Source: Nitrosopumilus sp. (GTDB lineage: Archaea; Thermoproteota; Nitrososphaeria; Nitrososphaerales; Nitrosopumilaceae). From it: a stretch of DNA of 64,000 bases. Under the pieces are notes generated by a model. It was not told the origin of the DNA. It was given only the letters and a program-made list of their open reading frames with translations, and made no database searches. Positions 33,528 to 44,017 of the stretch are shown piece by piece; position 1 is the first letter of the stretch, and each line of letters starts with the position of its first letter. Location: assembly GCA_965205675.1 (NCBI GenBank), contig OZ242186.1, positions 1,472,001 to 1,536,000 on the forward strand, written 5' to 3'. The translations under genes were made by a program, and so were the position numbers.

Positions 33528-33541
33528 TTGGATTTTTAATT
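33435..33541. repeat. Repeat-spacer-repeat unit 5 (36-bp duplication, 35-bp insert)
   Basis: GTTACTGGAGCGTTGTTTGTGATTGGATTTTTAATT at 33435-33470 and 33506-33541. Confidence 0.95.
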
Positions 33542-33588
33542 GGAATGTAACACTTTAACATAAATTTAGCAAATTATTTAGAAATTAT

Positions 33589-34689
33589 ATGATTTCCGGT
33601 CATGCAACTTCTGAAGGTACTCAAAAATTTGTTCAGAATTCAGGCGTGGAAAAATCCAATTTTACAAAATTTGAAAATTTATCCCTATCAAATGTTGGTA
33701 TGGGCACCTATCTTGGAGACTCTGATGCCAAAACTGATGAATTGGTGACTAGTGCAGTAAAACAAACAATTCTGTCTGGAATCAATGTTATTGATACTGC
33801 AATTAATTATAGATCTCAAAAAGCTGAGCGTTCTGTAGGAAAATCTATTTCTGAACTAATCTCTGATAATATAATTTCACGTGAACAAATATTTCTTAGT
33901 TCTAAAAATGGATATGTGACAAATGATGCAGATGTCAAACTTGGTTTTTGGGAATATGTAAAAGAAGAATACTCACAAAAAGGCGTGGTGAAAGAAGGAG
34001 ACATCACATCTAGTTATCATTGCATGACTCCCAAATATCTTTCTGATCAATTAGACCGAAGCTTAAAAAATTTGAATATCGAGTGTCTTGATTTAATGTA
34101 CCTTCACAATGCAGTTGAAGGGCAAATTAAAGATGTTTCTAAAGAAAAATTTTTAGAAAATTTACAATCAGTATTTGAGTTATATGAACAAAAACGAGAT
34201 GAAGGAAAAATTAAATTTTACGGGATGGCCACTTGGGACTGTTTTAGAGTTACGTCTGATAATCCCCAATATCTTTCTCTTGAAGAAGTTGTTACGATGG
34301 CAAAAAAAATTGGTAGTGACAACCATGGTTTTCGTTTTATTCAATTACCCTTTAACATGCATTATGATCAAGCATTACTTGCAAAAAACCAATCATATGG
34401 AACTGAAAATATTTCAATCTTAGAATCTGCTGTACGATTGAATATTGGTGTGTTTACTAGTGTTCCTTTCATGCAAGGTAAATTATTAACTCCTGGCATA
34501 ATGCCAGAGTTTAATGATCTGAAACCTTCTTTACGGGCGTTACAATTCATACGCTCATCTCCGGGTGTTTTGGCTCCTCTTGTAGGACAAAAATCATTAG
34601 AGCATGTATCTGAAAATCTTGAAATTATGAAAATTCCTCAAATTCCTACTGATGAATTTCTCACATTGGTTAAAAAATTAACTTTATAA
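33589..34689 (+). CDS. Aldo/keto reductase
   Basis: GMGTY, IDTAINY, SKNG, LDLMYLHN. Confidence 0.9.
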   Translation: MISGHATSEGTQKFVQNSGVEKSNFTKFENLSLSNVGMGTYLGDSDAKTDELVTSAVKQTILSGINVIDTAINYRSQKAERSVGKSISELISDNIISREQIFLSSKNGYVTNDADVKLGFWEYVKEEYSQKGVVKEGDITSSYHCMTPKYLSDQLDRSLKNLNIECLDLMYLHNAVEGQIKDVSKEKFLENLQSVFELYEQKRDEGKIKFYGMATWDCFRVTSDNPQYLSLEEVVTMAKKIGSDNHGFRFIQLPFNMHYDQALLAKNQSYGTENISILESAVRLNIGVFTSVPFMQGKLLTPGIMPEFNDLKPSLRALQFIRSSPGVLAPLVGQKSLEHVSENLEIMKIPQIPTDEFLTLVKKLTL

Positions 34690-34743
34690 TTTTATTTTTT
34701 AGCCTCAATAAATTATAAAAAGATAATAAACAAGTGACAATTA

Positions 34744-35121
34744 GTGTTTAGTAATTTGACTGCTGAAATATATGATTATACAAAAATATGTAATTCTGTT
34801 TTTGATATTGATCCTAAAATTAGATTTGCAGGTGTAATTAATGAACGAGGACGTTTGGTTGCAGGAGGGATGAAACAAAATGTGGAGCCATTAGAAAATC
34901 AAAAAGATGATGAGATGATTTTCATGGAACTTGCATTGCGTGTGAAAATGAGAAAAGAATTTGACAAACAATTAGGGCCCGTGAATTTTGCAATGGCTTC
35001 GCGTGAACGAGCTTTAGCAATTAGTGTAATAATCAATGATGATATTTTGTATGTCGTATCTGAACCTGACACTAATTATGCTACACTGCCTCAAAAAATT
35101 ATTGAAATAATTCATTCCTAA
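34744..35121 (+). CDS. Thaumarchaeal roadblock/sensor-like protein (DUF6659-like)
   Basis: DPKIRFAGVINERGRLVAGG...RKEFDKQLGPV pattern. Confidence 0.7.
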   Translation: MFSNLTAEIYDYTKICNSVFDIDPKIRFAGVINERGRLVAGGMKQNVEPLENQKDDEMIFMELALRVKMRKEFDKQLGPVNFAMASRERALAISVIINDDILYVVSEPDTNYATLPQKIIEIIHS

Positions 35122-35362
35122 TTTGATGAATTTCTACATATGAGATTTCATGATCTTCTTAATTAATAATAATTTTTTCATATCTTTAGATAAAAAAATT
35201 CAATTTTAATTTTTTACTATTTCTCAATTAACTAAAAAAAATTATCATTATTGTACAAAATACATTAAATCAGAGTATGAGAATCTATCTTTATCAGATA
35301 TTGAACATGTTTTAAAAATCATTTCTAATGTAACAATAGAATCAAACTCAGAAAGATGTCAT

Positions 35363-35617
35363 ATGAAATTTTGTAATAATAGCCATAATCAGGTCTATAA
35401 AATCAAACGCAATCCTGTATCTTTTGATGGTTATGTTAATGGAAGACTAGTTTGTGAGAAATGTTTTGGCAGACAAAAATTTTTTGGAGATATTGGAGAA
35501 ATTGAATCCATTACGTCTTTAAAAAATTATGAACATGTTGGATCAGACCTTGATCATCTTTTTATAATGACTGGGACTAGTGCAAAAAAACTCAAAAATG
35601 TTCTTTTGATTAATTAA
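35363..35617 (+). CDS. Hypothetical protein, possibly a fragment
   Basis: Short Cys-containing ORF; the upstream part may be frameshifted. Confidence 0.4.
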   Translation: MKFCNNSHNQVYKIKRNPVSFDGYVNGRLVCEKCFGRQKFFGDIGEIESITSLKNYEHVGSDLDHLFIMTGTSAKKLKNVLLIN

Positions 35618-35669
35618 CATTGAATTGTATTAGATGAAACTATAAATTAAATTTGAATGTGGGTTATTT

Positions 35670-35816
35670 GTGCCAGTAGATCCTGTGTGTGGAATTGAAT
35701 TAGATGAAGATTTAGCATTACTTCATGATCATGATGGGAAAAAAGTGTATTTTTGTTGTTCAGGATGTAGAAGAATTTTTCTTAAAAAACCTAGAAAATA
35801 TAAAAAAAATATTTAG
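35670..35816 (+). CDS. YHS/TRASH-domain protein (48 aa)
   Basis: Manual translation MPVDPVCGIELDE...VYFCCSGCRRIFLKKPRKY. Confidence 0.85.
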   Translation: MPVDPVCGIELDEDLALLHDHDGKKVYFCCSGCRRIFLKKPRKYKKNI

Positions 35817-36757
35817 ATTGGGAATGCCCCACACATTCTACAAAATTTTGAATCCTTAACACCATATTTGCAATATGGGCATGTTTTATCTAAATTAGAT
35901 TTTATCGGCATACCAAATAATTTTTTAAAAATTTCATAGTAATACATTGATTCCCTGCTTTTAATTATCACTCCATCTGTTTTTTCAACTGTTAATTTTT
36001 TCTCTACAAATTGCTCTTCACTTATTATTGAATCAAACAAATCTGGCAATCCTACGGTTCCTGCCCCCTCTTGCATTGGTGATTTTTCTCTCCATGCAAT
36101 CTGTGGCGGCATATTTTTTTCAAACATCTTACGTAAAATCCACTTTCCATGTCTTTTTCCATCTTCTTCTTTAATCTTCAAATTAACTGGAATGCCTTTC
36201 GCTATTTCTATGACTTTGTCATTTAAAAAAGGGGATTCTATGTTAATTCCTAATGCTTTTCCAATTTTTTGTGTTGGAAAGTGCATTATTGTACACAATC
36301 TTTCAATTTCTTTTTTTAATTCTTCTTCTGATCTATTTCTAAGAAAACTATACCCTCCAAATAACTCATCTGCACCATCTCCTGTAATGATTGATTTTTC
36401 TCCTTTTTCTTTGGCCCATTTAATTGACAAGTACATCACAACATTGTTACGAATTTCAATATCATTAAAATTTTTTAAAATCTTAATTGTTTCTTCTATC
36501 GCTTCAAGAATTTGTTTTGTTTTAACATTTAAAATTGTTAATGGTAACGCTGTTTCTTTTGCAATCATTTGACAATATGTTAAATCTGTTGACACAAAAT
36601 CCTCTGAAATCACTGTTACTGCTTCTAGTTTTCTTGATTTTAAAAAATTTGCAATAATAGAACTATCCAATCCCCCAGATAATGAAAGTACATTTGATGT
36701 GCATTTATTACAAGATTCTTCTAGACACTGGTAAAGATTTTGAGAAAATTTCTCCAA
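35813..36757 (-). CDS. Asparagine synthase C-terminal domain protein
   Basis: LSGGLDSS, TGDGADELFGGY, KWILR. Confidence 0.85.
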   Translation of the reverse strand: MEKFSQNLYQCLEESCNKCTSNVLSLSGGLDSSIIANFLKSRKLEAVTVISEDFVSTDLTYCQMIAKETALPLTILNVKTKQILEAIEETIKILKNFNDIEIRNNVVMYLSIKWAKEKGEKSIITGDGADELFGGYSFLRNRSEEELKKEIERLCTIMHFPTQKIGKALGINIESPFLNDKVIEIAKGIPVNLKIKEEDGKRHGKWILRKMFEKNMPPQIAWREKSPMQEGAGTVGLPDLFDSIISEEQFVEKKLTVEKTDGVIIKSRESMYYYEIFKKLFGMPIKSNLDKTCPYCKYGVKDSKFCRMCGAFPI

Positions 36758-36865
36758 CGTCCATGATAATATTTTGAAATTAAAATAGCTATGCCTAACA
36801 ACATTGTTAATTATTCTGGTTTTTTATTGCAAACTTTAAATTCTTTATACAGTTCTTGAGAAATA

Positions 36866-37282
36866 ATGCTACTTCCTGCTGAAATAGAATCTAAAACTTT
36901 GATTCCGGCATTACGAGCTATTCTTGCAAAAAAACTTGCAGAAGATCACAATATCAGAGAGGATGAAATATCTAAAATGTTGGGAGTTACTCAAGCTGCA
37001 ATTAGTAACTACATTCGTGGCACTCGTGGTGATCCTTCTTTGATTGCAAAACTCTTGGCAGAAAAACAAGTTGCCACAATGATTGACGAGTTAAGTGATA
37101 ATCTTTCATCAGATATGGCGTATACACCATCTAGTCTTTCAAAATTTATTGGTCTTTGCAATTATATTAAATCAAGTTTGTTAATATGTGAGATACATCA
37201 CAATTTAGAATCAAATATTGATGAACAAGTATGCAAAGAATGTGAAAATATGCTTCTAAAAGGACCTGGAAGCGTTTACTAG
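36866..37282 (+). CDS. Archaeal HTH transcriptional regulator
   Basis: EISKMLGVTQAAISNYIRGTRG HTH plus C-terminal Cys/His residues. Confidence 0.85.
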   Translation: MLLPAEIESKTLIPALRAILAKKLAEDHNIREDEISKMLGVTQAAISNYIRGTRGDPSLIAKLLAEKQVATMIDELSDNLSSDMAYTPSSLSKFIGLCNYIKSSLLICEIHHNLESNIDEQVCKECENMLLKGPGSVY

Positions 37283-37593
37283 TTTTTGATTAAAATAATT
37301 TCAACTGTTGATGTCATGTTGCCAATTCCTGCAGCATCAACTGTATCTAAATTAATTTTTTCAATGTGAGAATTCCCTTTAAGCATTTTTTCTGTAATGA
37401 TATTTGCTACTGCCACTGCATTAGGAATAGAGTTCCCTTTTGATCTTAAAATTATTTTCTTTTTCTTTCCTAAGATTGCCAATACTTCAAGAGCTGACTC
37501 CATTGCAGGATAGTTTCCAATTTGTATTATGACTTCTTCAGACTCTTCGATCTGTTCTTGACCATGTAGTTCAGTTGTCTCTTCCATGAGCAT
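37279..37593 (-). CDS. Alba-family DNA/RNA-binding protein
   Basis: ILRSKGNSIPNAVAVA...STVEIIL. Confidence 0.8.
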   Translation of the reverse strand: MLMEETTELHGQEQIEESEEVIIQIGNYPAMESALEVLAILGKKKKIILRSKGNSIPNAVAVANIITEKMLKGNSHIEKINLDTVDAAGIGNMTSTVEIILIKN

Positions 37594-37644
37594 TATTCAA
37601 TATTTAGGAATTTTATGTTCTTTTAAGTTTTATCGACCATTGAT

Positions 37645-38136
37645 TCATTTTTCAAAATAGTCAATTGGTATGTTTTGGTAATCTCCATTTGGAAGCACTC
37701 TTCTAATTGTGATTGGGATGACTCTTTGTTCTAACTCTTCCATTGAAATATCTAGTGAGATTCTTGCAGATTTTGGAATTGGGATAAATGGCGGTGCACC
37801 TAATGATAATTGTAGTGCTCTTGCCCCCATGATTCTTGCCTTTTCAAATCTTGTCAGTGTTGGCGGTCCAATTGTGATTTTATTTTTTTCACAAGGAATC
37901 TCTACAATATCATGGTCTTCAATTTTTTCGACAACTTCTCTTTCTTCAATCTCTTTGATTCTTTTCTCAAGATTATCTTGTTCTTTTTCAGATAATGGTT
38001 CTACAAGATCTTTTCTATCGATTAGTTTTCGATAAGTATCTAGTGCTTTGTTCAGTCCTGCATTTTCTTCAACTTCGGACTCTGCTTCTTCAGGTTGTGG
38101 AGTTTCAATTAATTCAGATTTAGCAGCATCAGGCAA
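37645..38136 (-). CDS. rpoK: RNA polymerase subunit K (Rpo6)
   Basis: LTRFEKARIMGARALQLSLGAP...IPITIRR; start placed at TTG 38136. Confidence 0.92.
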   Translation of the reverse strand: MPDAAKSELIETPQPEEAESEVEENAGLNKALDTYRKLIDRKDLVEPLSEKEQDNLEKRIKEIEEREVVEKIEDHDIVEIPCEKNKITIGPPTLTRFEKARIMGARALQLSLGAPPFIPIPKSARISLDISMEELEQRVIPITIRRVLPNGDYQNIPIDYFEK

Positions 38137-38188
38137 GTAAGAAATTTTTCTTGAAACGTTATATAATCTAATCATTTTAAAATATGAA

Positions 38189-38575
38189 TTGAATACTTTA
38201 TCAGTCTCCAGAAAACAAGTAATTTTAGAAATCCGAGGGAAGGCGAAACTTTCTTGTGATCTAAAACGACATTTGTCTCCTCTAACTGTAGGCACTATAA
38301 TGAGATCTTTGCCATTAGAAGGTCATGCTCATTTGTTGGAAAAAAGTATTTTGTATTTTGAATCTAGCGCATATTCTGGAATTGAAAGATCTAGAACAGA
38401 ATTTAAAAAAGGGGATGTTGCATTTTTGCCTTCTACTGGAAGTTTGTGTTTTTTTCTAATTGATACAGTATTTGCAAAAGCTATGACACCTATCGGAAAA
38501 CTTGTCGGGGATATTGATGTGTTAAAGAATGTCAAGTCCGGTGATGTGCTTTGTGTCTATGAAGATACTGCTTGA
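38189..38575 (+). CDS. Cyclophilin-like fold protein
   Basis: PLTVGTIMRSLPL...GDVAFLP..GSLCFF pattern. Confidence 0.75.
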   Translation: MNTLSVSRKQVILEIRGKAKLSCDLKRHLSPLTVGTIMRSLPLEGHAHLLEKSILYFESSAYSGIERSRTEFKKGDVAFLPSTGSLCFFLIDTVFAKAMTPIGKLVGDIDVLKNVKSGDVLCVYEDTA

Positions 38576-38865
38576 TATAAATAATGACCTGAATAACCGC
38601 CTACTTTTTTGATCATTCCATTACTTGTGGATTTTTTTAGAAATGCATTTGCTGCAGAAATCTTAACTCCTGTTTGTCTTGCAAGATCTTGAACTGTGAT
38701 TATTTTGGAATTTTGAATAATTTTCAAAGCTTGTTGTTCATTAACCATTACTGTAATTTCAGCTTTTTTTGATCCTCCTTCCCCTTTGTCCTTCTTTTTC
38801 TTTGTATCTTTGGAACCTGTGGATTTGTCTTTATTTGCAGTTGTTGGTTTCTTTGCGCCACCCAT
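38557..38865 (-). CDS. rps25e: 30S ribosomal protein S25e
   Basis: MGGAKKPT basic tail, then ITVQDLARQTGVKISAA wHTH. Confidence 0.8.
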   Translation of the reverse strand: MGGAKKPTTANKDKSTGSKDTKKKKDKGEGGSKKAEITVMVNEQQALKIIQNSKIITVQDLARQTGVKISAANAFLKKSTSNGMIKKVGGYSGHYLYQAVSS

Positions 38866-38980
38866 GATTTTTAAAAAAAATATTCCTCTTATAAACGATA
38901 GAAACTATAAAAATCATTTACGATGATTTTAAACTCAAAATTATTTTCAAATATAAATAACATCTCGATTACTATTCTAT

Positions 38981-39193
38981 ATGGGAATAGTGGCAAAAGG
39001 TGCAAAATGTAACTTTGAAGGTTGTGATCAAGATGGTGCTCGTTCTCTCAACACTAGTAAAGTTGAAAATGCCGGTCTTCGCGTAAATTCACCTGGAAAA
39101 AAAACGGTTCTTTGTAAAGAACACTATAAGGAATACAAAAAAGAATCTAAAGATGATCGTGATTTAGAACGTGCTAGATTTGACAAATTTTAG
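38981..39193 (+). CDS. Small conserved archaeal Cys-containing protein
   Basis: CNFEGC...LCKEHYKEYKK. Confidence 0.75.
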   Translation: MGIVAKGAKCNFEGCDQDGARSLNTSKVENAGLRVNSPGKKTVLCKEHYKEYKKESKDDRDLERARFDKF

Positions 39194-39201
39194 TTTTTCT
39201 T

Positions 39202-40269
39202 TTATGGTTTTGTACTCTTAAAATAATCATCACTTAGGTTTTGGTATAATTGATCTAATTTTTTGTACAGTCTTTTTGGTTCTTTATTTTTTTGATTACT
39301 CAGAACATATAATGCAAGAATTGGAAATGCTATTGTCGCATCTGCATACACTGTGACCATTCCATTATGGGGGTCCTGTACTTTTCCCCAACTTTTTCCT
39401 TCTTGTAATGTGGCACCGGATAATCCTCCTGTGTCGGGTCTTGCATCTGTAATCTGAATGATATAGTCTTGTCCTCCGTCTTCTCGTTTTAAAATTTGAT
39501 CCAATAACGGACCTGTTTGTTGAGCGGTGTTTTTTGGTACTCCTCCCCCCAATTCTAAAATCCCTGATTTTTTAGAATCATAAAGAATTGCTGCTTGTTC
39601 TATGATTTCTCTTACAAAATCTAAACTGTATGTTTTGTCTTGGAGTCTATGAACTGCTAAATTTAATGCCAATGAAGAATCTTTTATTGTTGAAATATAC
39701 ACAGGAACATCATATTCGTATGCTGATGTAATGAAACTTTTTTCAGGGTATTTGGCTTTTTCTTTACTTAATTTCCCCATTAAATTACAAAATTCTGCAG
39801 TTGTGAATGGTTTATTTAATAATTTATCTCCAAACATTTTTTGGACTATTTGATCTTGAGCTTCTAATGTCTCGTTAAATTTGATATACACATCTCTAAT
39901 TCTAACAATTTCGTTTTGATATAATTTCATATCATCTACATTAAAACTTCCTTGTTTTACTGGCAAGCCCCATGCAAAATGATCTTCATGGTATACATTT
40001 GCCCCTGTTGTAACAATCCAATCTACAAATCCTCGTTCAATCAAGGTTTTGATAATTCCTCCAAATCCCACTGGCGTCATTGCTCCTGAAACCGTCAGAC
40101 AAATTGTTGCATCTTCTTCGATCATTTTTGCATATAATTTTGCTGCATCTCCCAACTGCCGTCCATTATATCCAGAACTTGCAAAAACATCTACGAGATC
40201 TTCTATTGTCATTTTTGGATCTAATTTTATGTGTGGAATATCTTTACCATGAAATTGATGATAATCCAT
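39202..40269 (-). CDS. dys: Deoxyhypusine synthase family protein
   Basis: SGAMTP, TTGAN, GGGVPKN, GGLSGATLQEGKSWGK, DATIAFP. Confidence 0.9.
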   Translation of the reverse strand: MDYHQFHGKDIPHIKLDPKMTIEDLVDVFASSGYNGRQLGDAAKLYAKMIEEDATICLTVSGAMTPVGFGGIIKTLIERGFVDWIVTTGANVYHEDHFAWGLPVKQGSFNVDDMKLYQNEIVRIRDVYIKFNETLEAQDQIVQKMFGDKLLNKPFTTAEFCNLMGKLSKEKAKYPEKSFITSAYEYDVPVYISTIKDSSLALNLAVHRLQDKTYSLDFVREIIEQAAILYDSKKSGILELGGGVPKNTAQQTGPLLDQILKREDGGQDYIIQITDARPDTGGLSGATLQEGKSWGKVQDPHNGMVTVYADATIAFPILALYVLSNQKNKEPKRLYKKLDQLYQNLSDDYFKSTKP

Positions 40270-40406
40270 ATTTGAAAAACTGATTTTTTAGTAAATAAAG
40301 ATGTTGAAAATAAATGACGAACCGCCACTTTTATTTTTTCTCATTTTTTTCTAGATTCTATTTTGTATAGATCCCAACATCCGTACAATCTTCTGTTAAG
40401 TTCATT

Positions 40407-42600
40407 AGACCTCTTGCGTAATTAGACATATTTTACCATATAACACATACTTCCTAACATAAGTTCGTCAACCATCCTCTCGTTGCATATACTTGAGAAT
40501 GTCTAAATTGAATCGTCTGGTTCTGTAATATTTGGAGATGTTATTTTTCAGATTACTTAGAGATGGTTGATACTGTGACACCAACAAATTGTATTTTCCT
40601 TGCTTCCATACTTCCTCAACTGCATTGAACTGTGGTGAGCCTTTTGGAAACCAATTCAATAGAACATCATCTGCATTCTCATCAAGATATTTTTGTACTA
40701 GTTTTGATCTGTGTTGTGGTGCTCGGTCTACATAGACTAGAATCTTGCCAAACTTTCTGTGCAATTCCTTTAGATAATCCAAAAAACAGTACTGATCAAA
40801 TTTTTCATATTGTCTGAATAATTGCCTGCCGTCATGAGTCAGTGCACCAAAAATGATTGTTTTTTGATGTGACCCGTTTACTAGAATAATTGGACGGGTT
40901 CCTTTCTTTACCCACATCTTTTTTCTAAATATCGCATCAGCAGTAAAGATGGACTCATCTTGTGCAAGAACTGTAAAGCCTTTTGCTATTTTTGAGGCTA
41001 TTTGTTCTTTGGAGTTTTTTTAAACCAGAGTTTTTCCTCAACACTAGCTGAATTTACAAATCTCTTTGCTGCAACCTTTGGAACAAATCCCCATTTGTGT
41101 AATAATCTGTACACATGAACCTCATGATATTTTACACCTGATTTTTGATAAATCAGATTCATCACTTGCTTTGCACTCCAGCCGGATTGTTTTTCTGCAA
41201 TTTGTAGTTGAATGCTGACTAGTTTCTTTTTTGGTATACTAGTTGGTCTGCCAGTTCTAGGCAAGTCTTGCAGTCCTGCAATTCCATATTCTGCAAATCT
41301 ATCTAACCATTTGTATGCCCATGAACGTACACGTCCAAGATTCTTTGCAACATGTGATGCAATTTGGTTCTCAAGTAATACTCGCTTTATCAAAAATAGC
41401 CTTTCTTTTACCTTGACGTTCTTTTCATCTTTGTATGCTTGAATTAATTTTTGATTATTCATGGTTTGATGTGTAATGTTTTGATCAATATGGCATTTGG
41501 TAAAATAAATCAGATCAACAGATCATAAAATTTTGTTAGAGAGTACAGATTCCTTTACAACAAGATCCAAAGCTAAGTTCAAACCATTCCATTTCATGTT
41601 AACACACAAACAACTCTCAAAAAAACCAAAGGCATTTCTCGCATACACAGGAGTGACTAGACAGCAATTTGGTATGATTCTAAAGGATGTCAGAAAGAAT
41701 AATCGTATAGAAGAAAAGAAGAGGACCACTATCCAAAGGAAAGAGACAGCATGGCATTGGTAATTGGCATCGCTTTGATTTGGATGTAAAATACAGGCAG
41801 GTAATGTTGCTGGTGCATTATCGACTGTATTTGAGATATGGTTTGATAGGACATTTGTTTGGATTAGACTGAGGAAGTAATGTTTGCAGAAACATCAAAT
41901 ATTTAGAGCCTGCAGTAAGAAAATCAATTCCAATTCCTGCAAAACTATACTCTGATTCTAAAAAGATCAATGATATTGTACAACTCCAACTGTTCTTTCC
42001 AGATTTGATTGCAATGACTGATGGTACTGAACAGTCAATCCCAAGACCCCAGAACAAGAAGAAAAGAAAGACTTACTATTCAGGCAAAAAGAAAAAACAT
42101 ACGGTAAAAAATCAGATCACCATAAATCAGAAAGGTAAAATAATACACACGCCATCACACTCTCCTCCTGACAGAAGAGATGATTATGCAATACTAAAAA
42201 TCAAGCATCCAATACTATCCAAAGATGTGATGGTATTTTATGACCTTGTGTATTTAGGAGTGAAAAAAGATTTCCCAGAACAGGTAAGTATTCTACCATA
42301 CAAGAAAAAGAAAGGAAAAAAGCTTAATGTGCATCAGAAAGAGTGAAACAAGATTCAATCCAAAATTAGAATCAAAGCAGAGCCTATCATTTCACAAATT
42401 AAAAAATTCAGAGTCAATTCAAATACATTCAGGAATGGATTGTGCAGATACGATGGAATAAGTGACATCATATGTGGAATTGTCAACTTTAAGACAAGAC
42501 AGAAACAAGAGTCTGTTGTGATTCCATGATATGTCCCAGAATAATCGAATGTTAAATGAGACAGAAGAAGAGATTTTGGTTCTAATTACGCAAGAGGTCT
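40407..42600 (+). mobile_element. IS5-family (ISL2-like) pseudo-element, parent of the MITE, with an IS630 inserted
   Basis: IRs AGACCTCTTGCGTAATTAG / CTAATTACGCAAGAGGTCT; 3-bp TSD ATT; TDGTEQSIPRP...YYSGKKKKHTVKNQ. Confidence 0.88.
40450..41543 (-). mobile_element. IS630-family element, two ORFs joined by a probable -1 frameshift
   Basis: TA TSD; IRs CTCTCTAACAAAATTTT / CTTCCTAACATAAGTTC; slippery TTTAAAAAAAC near 41020; ORFs 40998-41462 and 40468-~41010. Confidence 0.9.
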
Positions 42601-42637
42601 ATTTAAAACATATAGAAAGCCATTTCTATTATCTAGT

Positions 42638-42922
42638 GTGTCTCATACAGGCGTAGATGTAGTTGATTTTCTTTTCTACACAATTTATCCTGTAATTGGA
42701 ATTTTTGTAGTAGAAGCTATTAGTAGACTAGCAAAAGTCCCAAAATGGATAAAATTGTGGACTCAAGCTATTGTATCCATAGGTTTTGGAACATATTATT
42801 GGTTTATTCTACCTGCCCCACAAAATTTCCCGTTGACTGCCATGGTAATGTTTGCCCTTGCCATTGCTCTAATTTACCAAGGAAGACGAGCAAAAATTTC
42901 TCCAGATAAAAGCCCTTACTAA
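42638..42922 (+). CDS. Small membrane protein
   Basis: Three hydrophobic helices in 94 aa. Confidence 0.75.
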   Translation: MSHTGVDVVDFLFYTIYPVIGIFVVEAISRLAKVPKWIKLWTQAIVSIGFGTYYWFILPAPQNFPLTAMVMFALAIALIYQGRRAKISPDKSPY

Positions 42923-42949
42923 CTTCACTAATGTCATTTAAAATCTAAA

Positions 42950-43715
42950 TTTTATTTAATGTGGGAATTTGAGTGTAATGAATTAGATAGATCTACAAAC
43001 TTACTGTAGAATTCTTTCCCTTTTTGATAATTATGATTGATTTTTCTTATGATCTTTTCAAAATTATTTTAAATGTTAATCGGTGGAAGATAAATTTCTA
43101 ATTCTTGAATTTTTTTTGCATTTATGTTTGCTTGTTTTATTGAACCTTGAGCCATACTCCTAATTTTAGTTTTAATTATTGGCAAATTCATGTATGTTGA
43201 AAGAAAAAATGGATTATATTTTTTAGAATTTATTACAAATCTAACCAAATATCCTACAAACATATTTTTTTATTAATAGACGTCTTGCGTAATTATTTCT
43301 AGGCGTGAATTTTGCTGGAGGATTTTTCAAATTGGTTGAAAAATTTGAATTTTCAGGTATGAATTCTGTTAAAATACAAAATTTGAGAAAAAATCTCTAT
43401 AATTACGCAAGAGGTCTAATGTCGAATACAGTTGTTTTTCCAACCAGTTTTTACTATTTGTTCTATTAAATAATAGATCTTCTTTATTCAACAAAGATTT
43501 ATCACCCTCTTCTCCGTCATAATATTTTAGATCGTGTAAAACTAAATCTTATTCTTCTGAAAGAGTTAGCATTCTTAAACACAGTATACGATTGGTCTTG
43601 TCAAGTGCTGTAGATGCACCATATTGTGTTGAAGTTATAATTTCTGACATGGGAAATGGATTTTATTTTTGGGTTTATGGGAGGTTTCCAAATGTTGAAA
43701 TAAAATTTGAATTAA
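42950..43715 (-). pseudogene. Type I restriction specificity subunit (HsdS) remnant interrupted by the MITE
   Basis: Fragments DLLFNRTNS, VGKT, FVGYLVRF, QANINAKKIQELEIYLPPI; boundaries approximate. Confidence 0.75.
43278..43417. mobile_element. 140-bp MITE, copy 2
   Basis: Same IRs as 6941-7080; 3-bp TSD AAT. Confidence 0.9.
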
Positions 43716-44017
43716 TTATGCCCAAGTCTCAGTTAACTGATATGGCACTAGAGATTTTGGGTAATAACGTGCAGCTAAAAGATGTTACAGGAGATGACCC
43801 ACTATGTGCCACAAGTACAATATACACTCAAGGCAGACAGGAACGAAACAGGGGCAAGCTACTTGAGGCTATGACCATACGGGTAAGGCCAGTTTTGTTT
43901 GCAAGTGAGTAAAGTATTAGCTTTCTGAAATCTGTAATGCCCTGGTTAAAATTTGAAATCTTTGTTATCTAATAAAACAACAATCATCTATATAATGGGT
44001 AAATTTGAATAATAGCC

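Noticed and set aside
2824-33541. Calling the units a functional CRISPR array
   Set aside because: Each has a single insert and a different repeat, with no leader and no cas genes in the window. They are reported as integration scars only.
38137-38295. N-terminal extension of RpoK in the ORF track
   Set aside because: It overlaps the divergent gene and promoter region; the real start is probably TTG at 38136.
43592-43912. 106-aa plus-strand ORF
   Set aside because: Chimeric: antisense of the hsdS remnant joined to an IS-end fragment.
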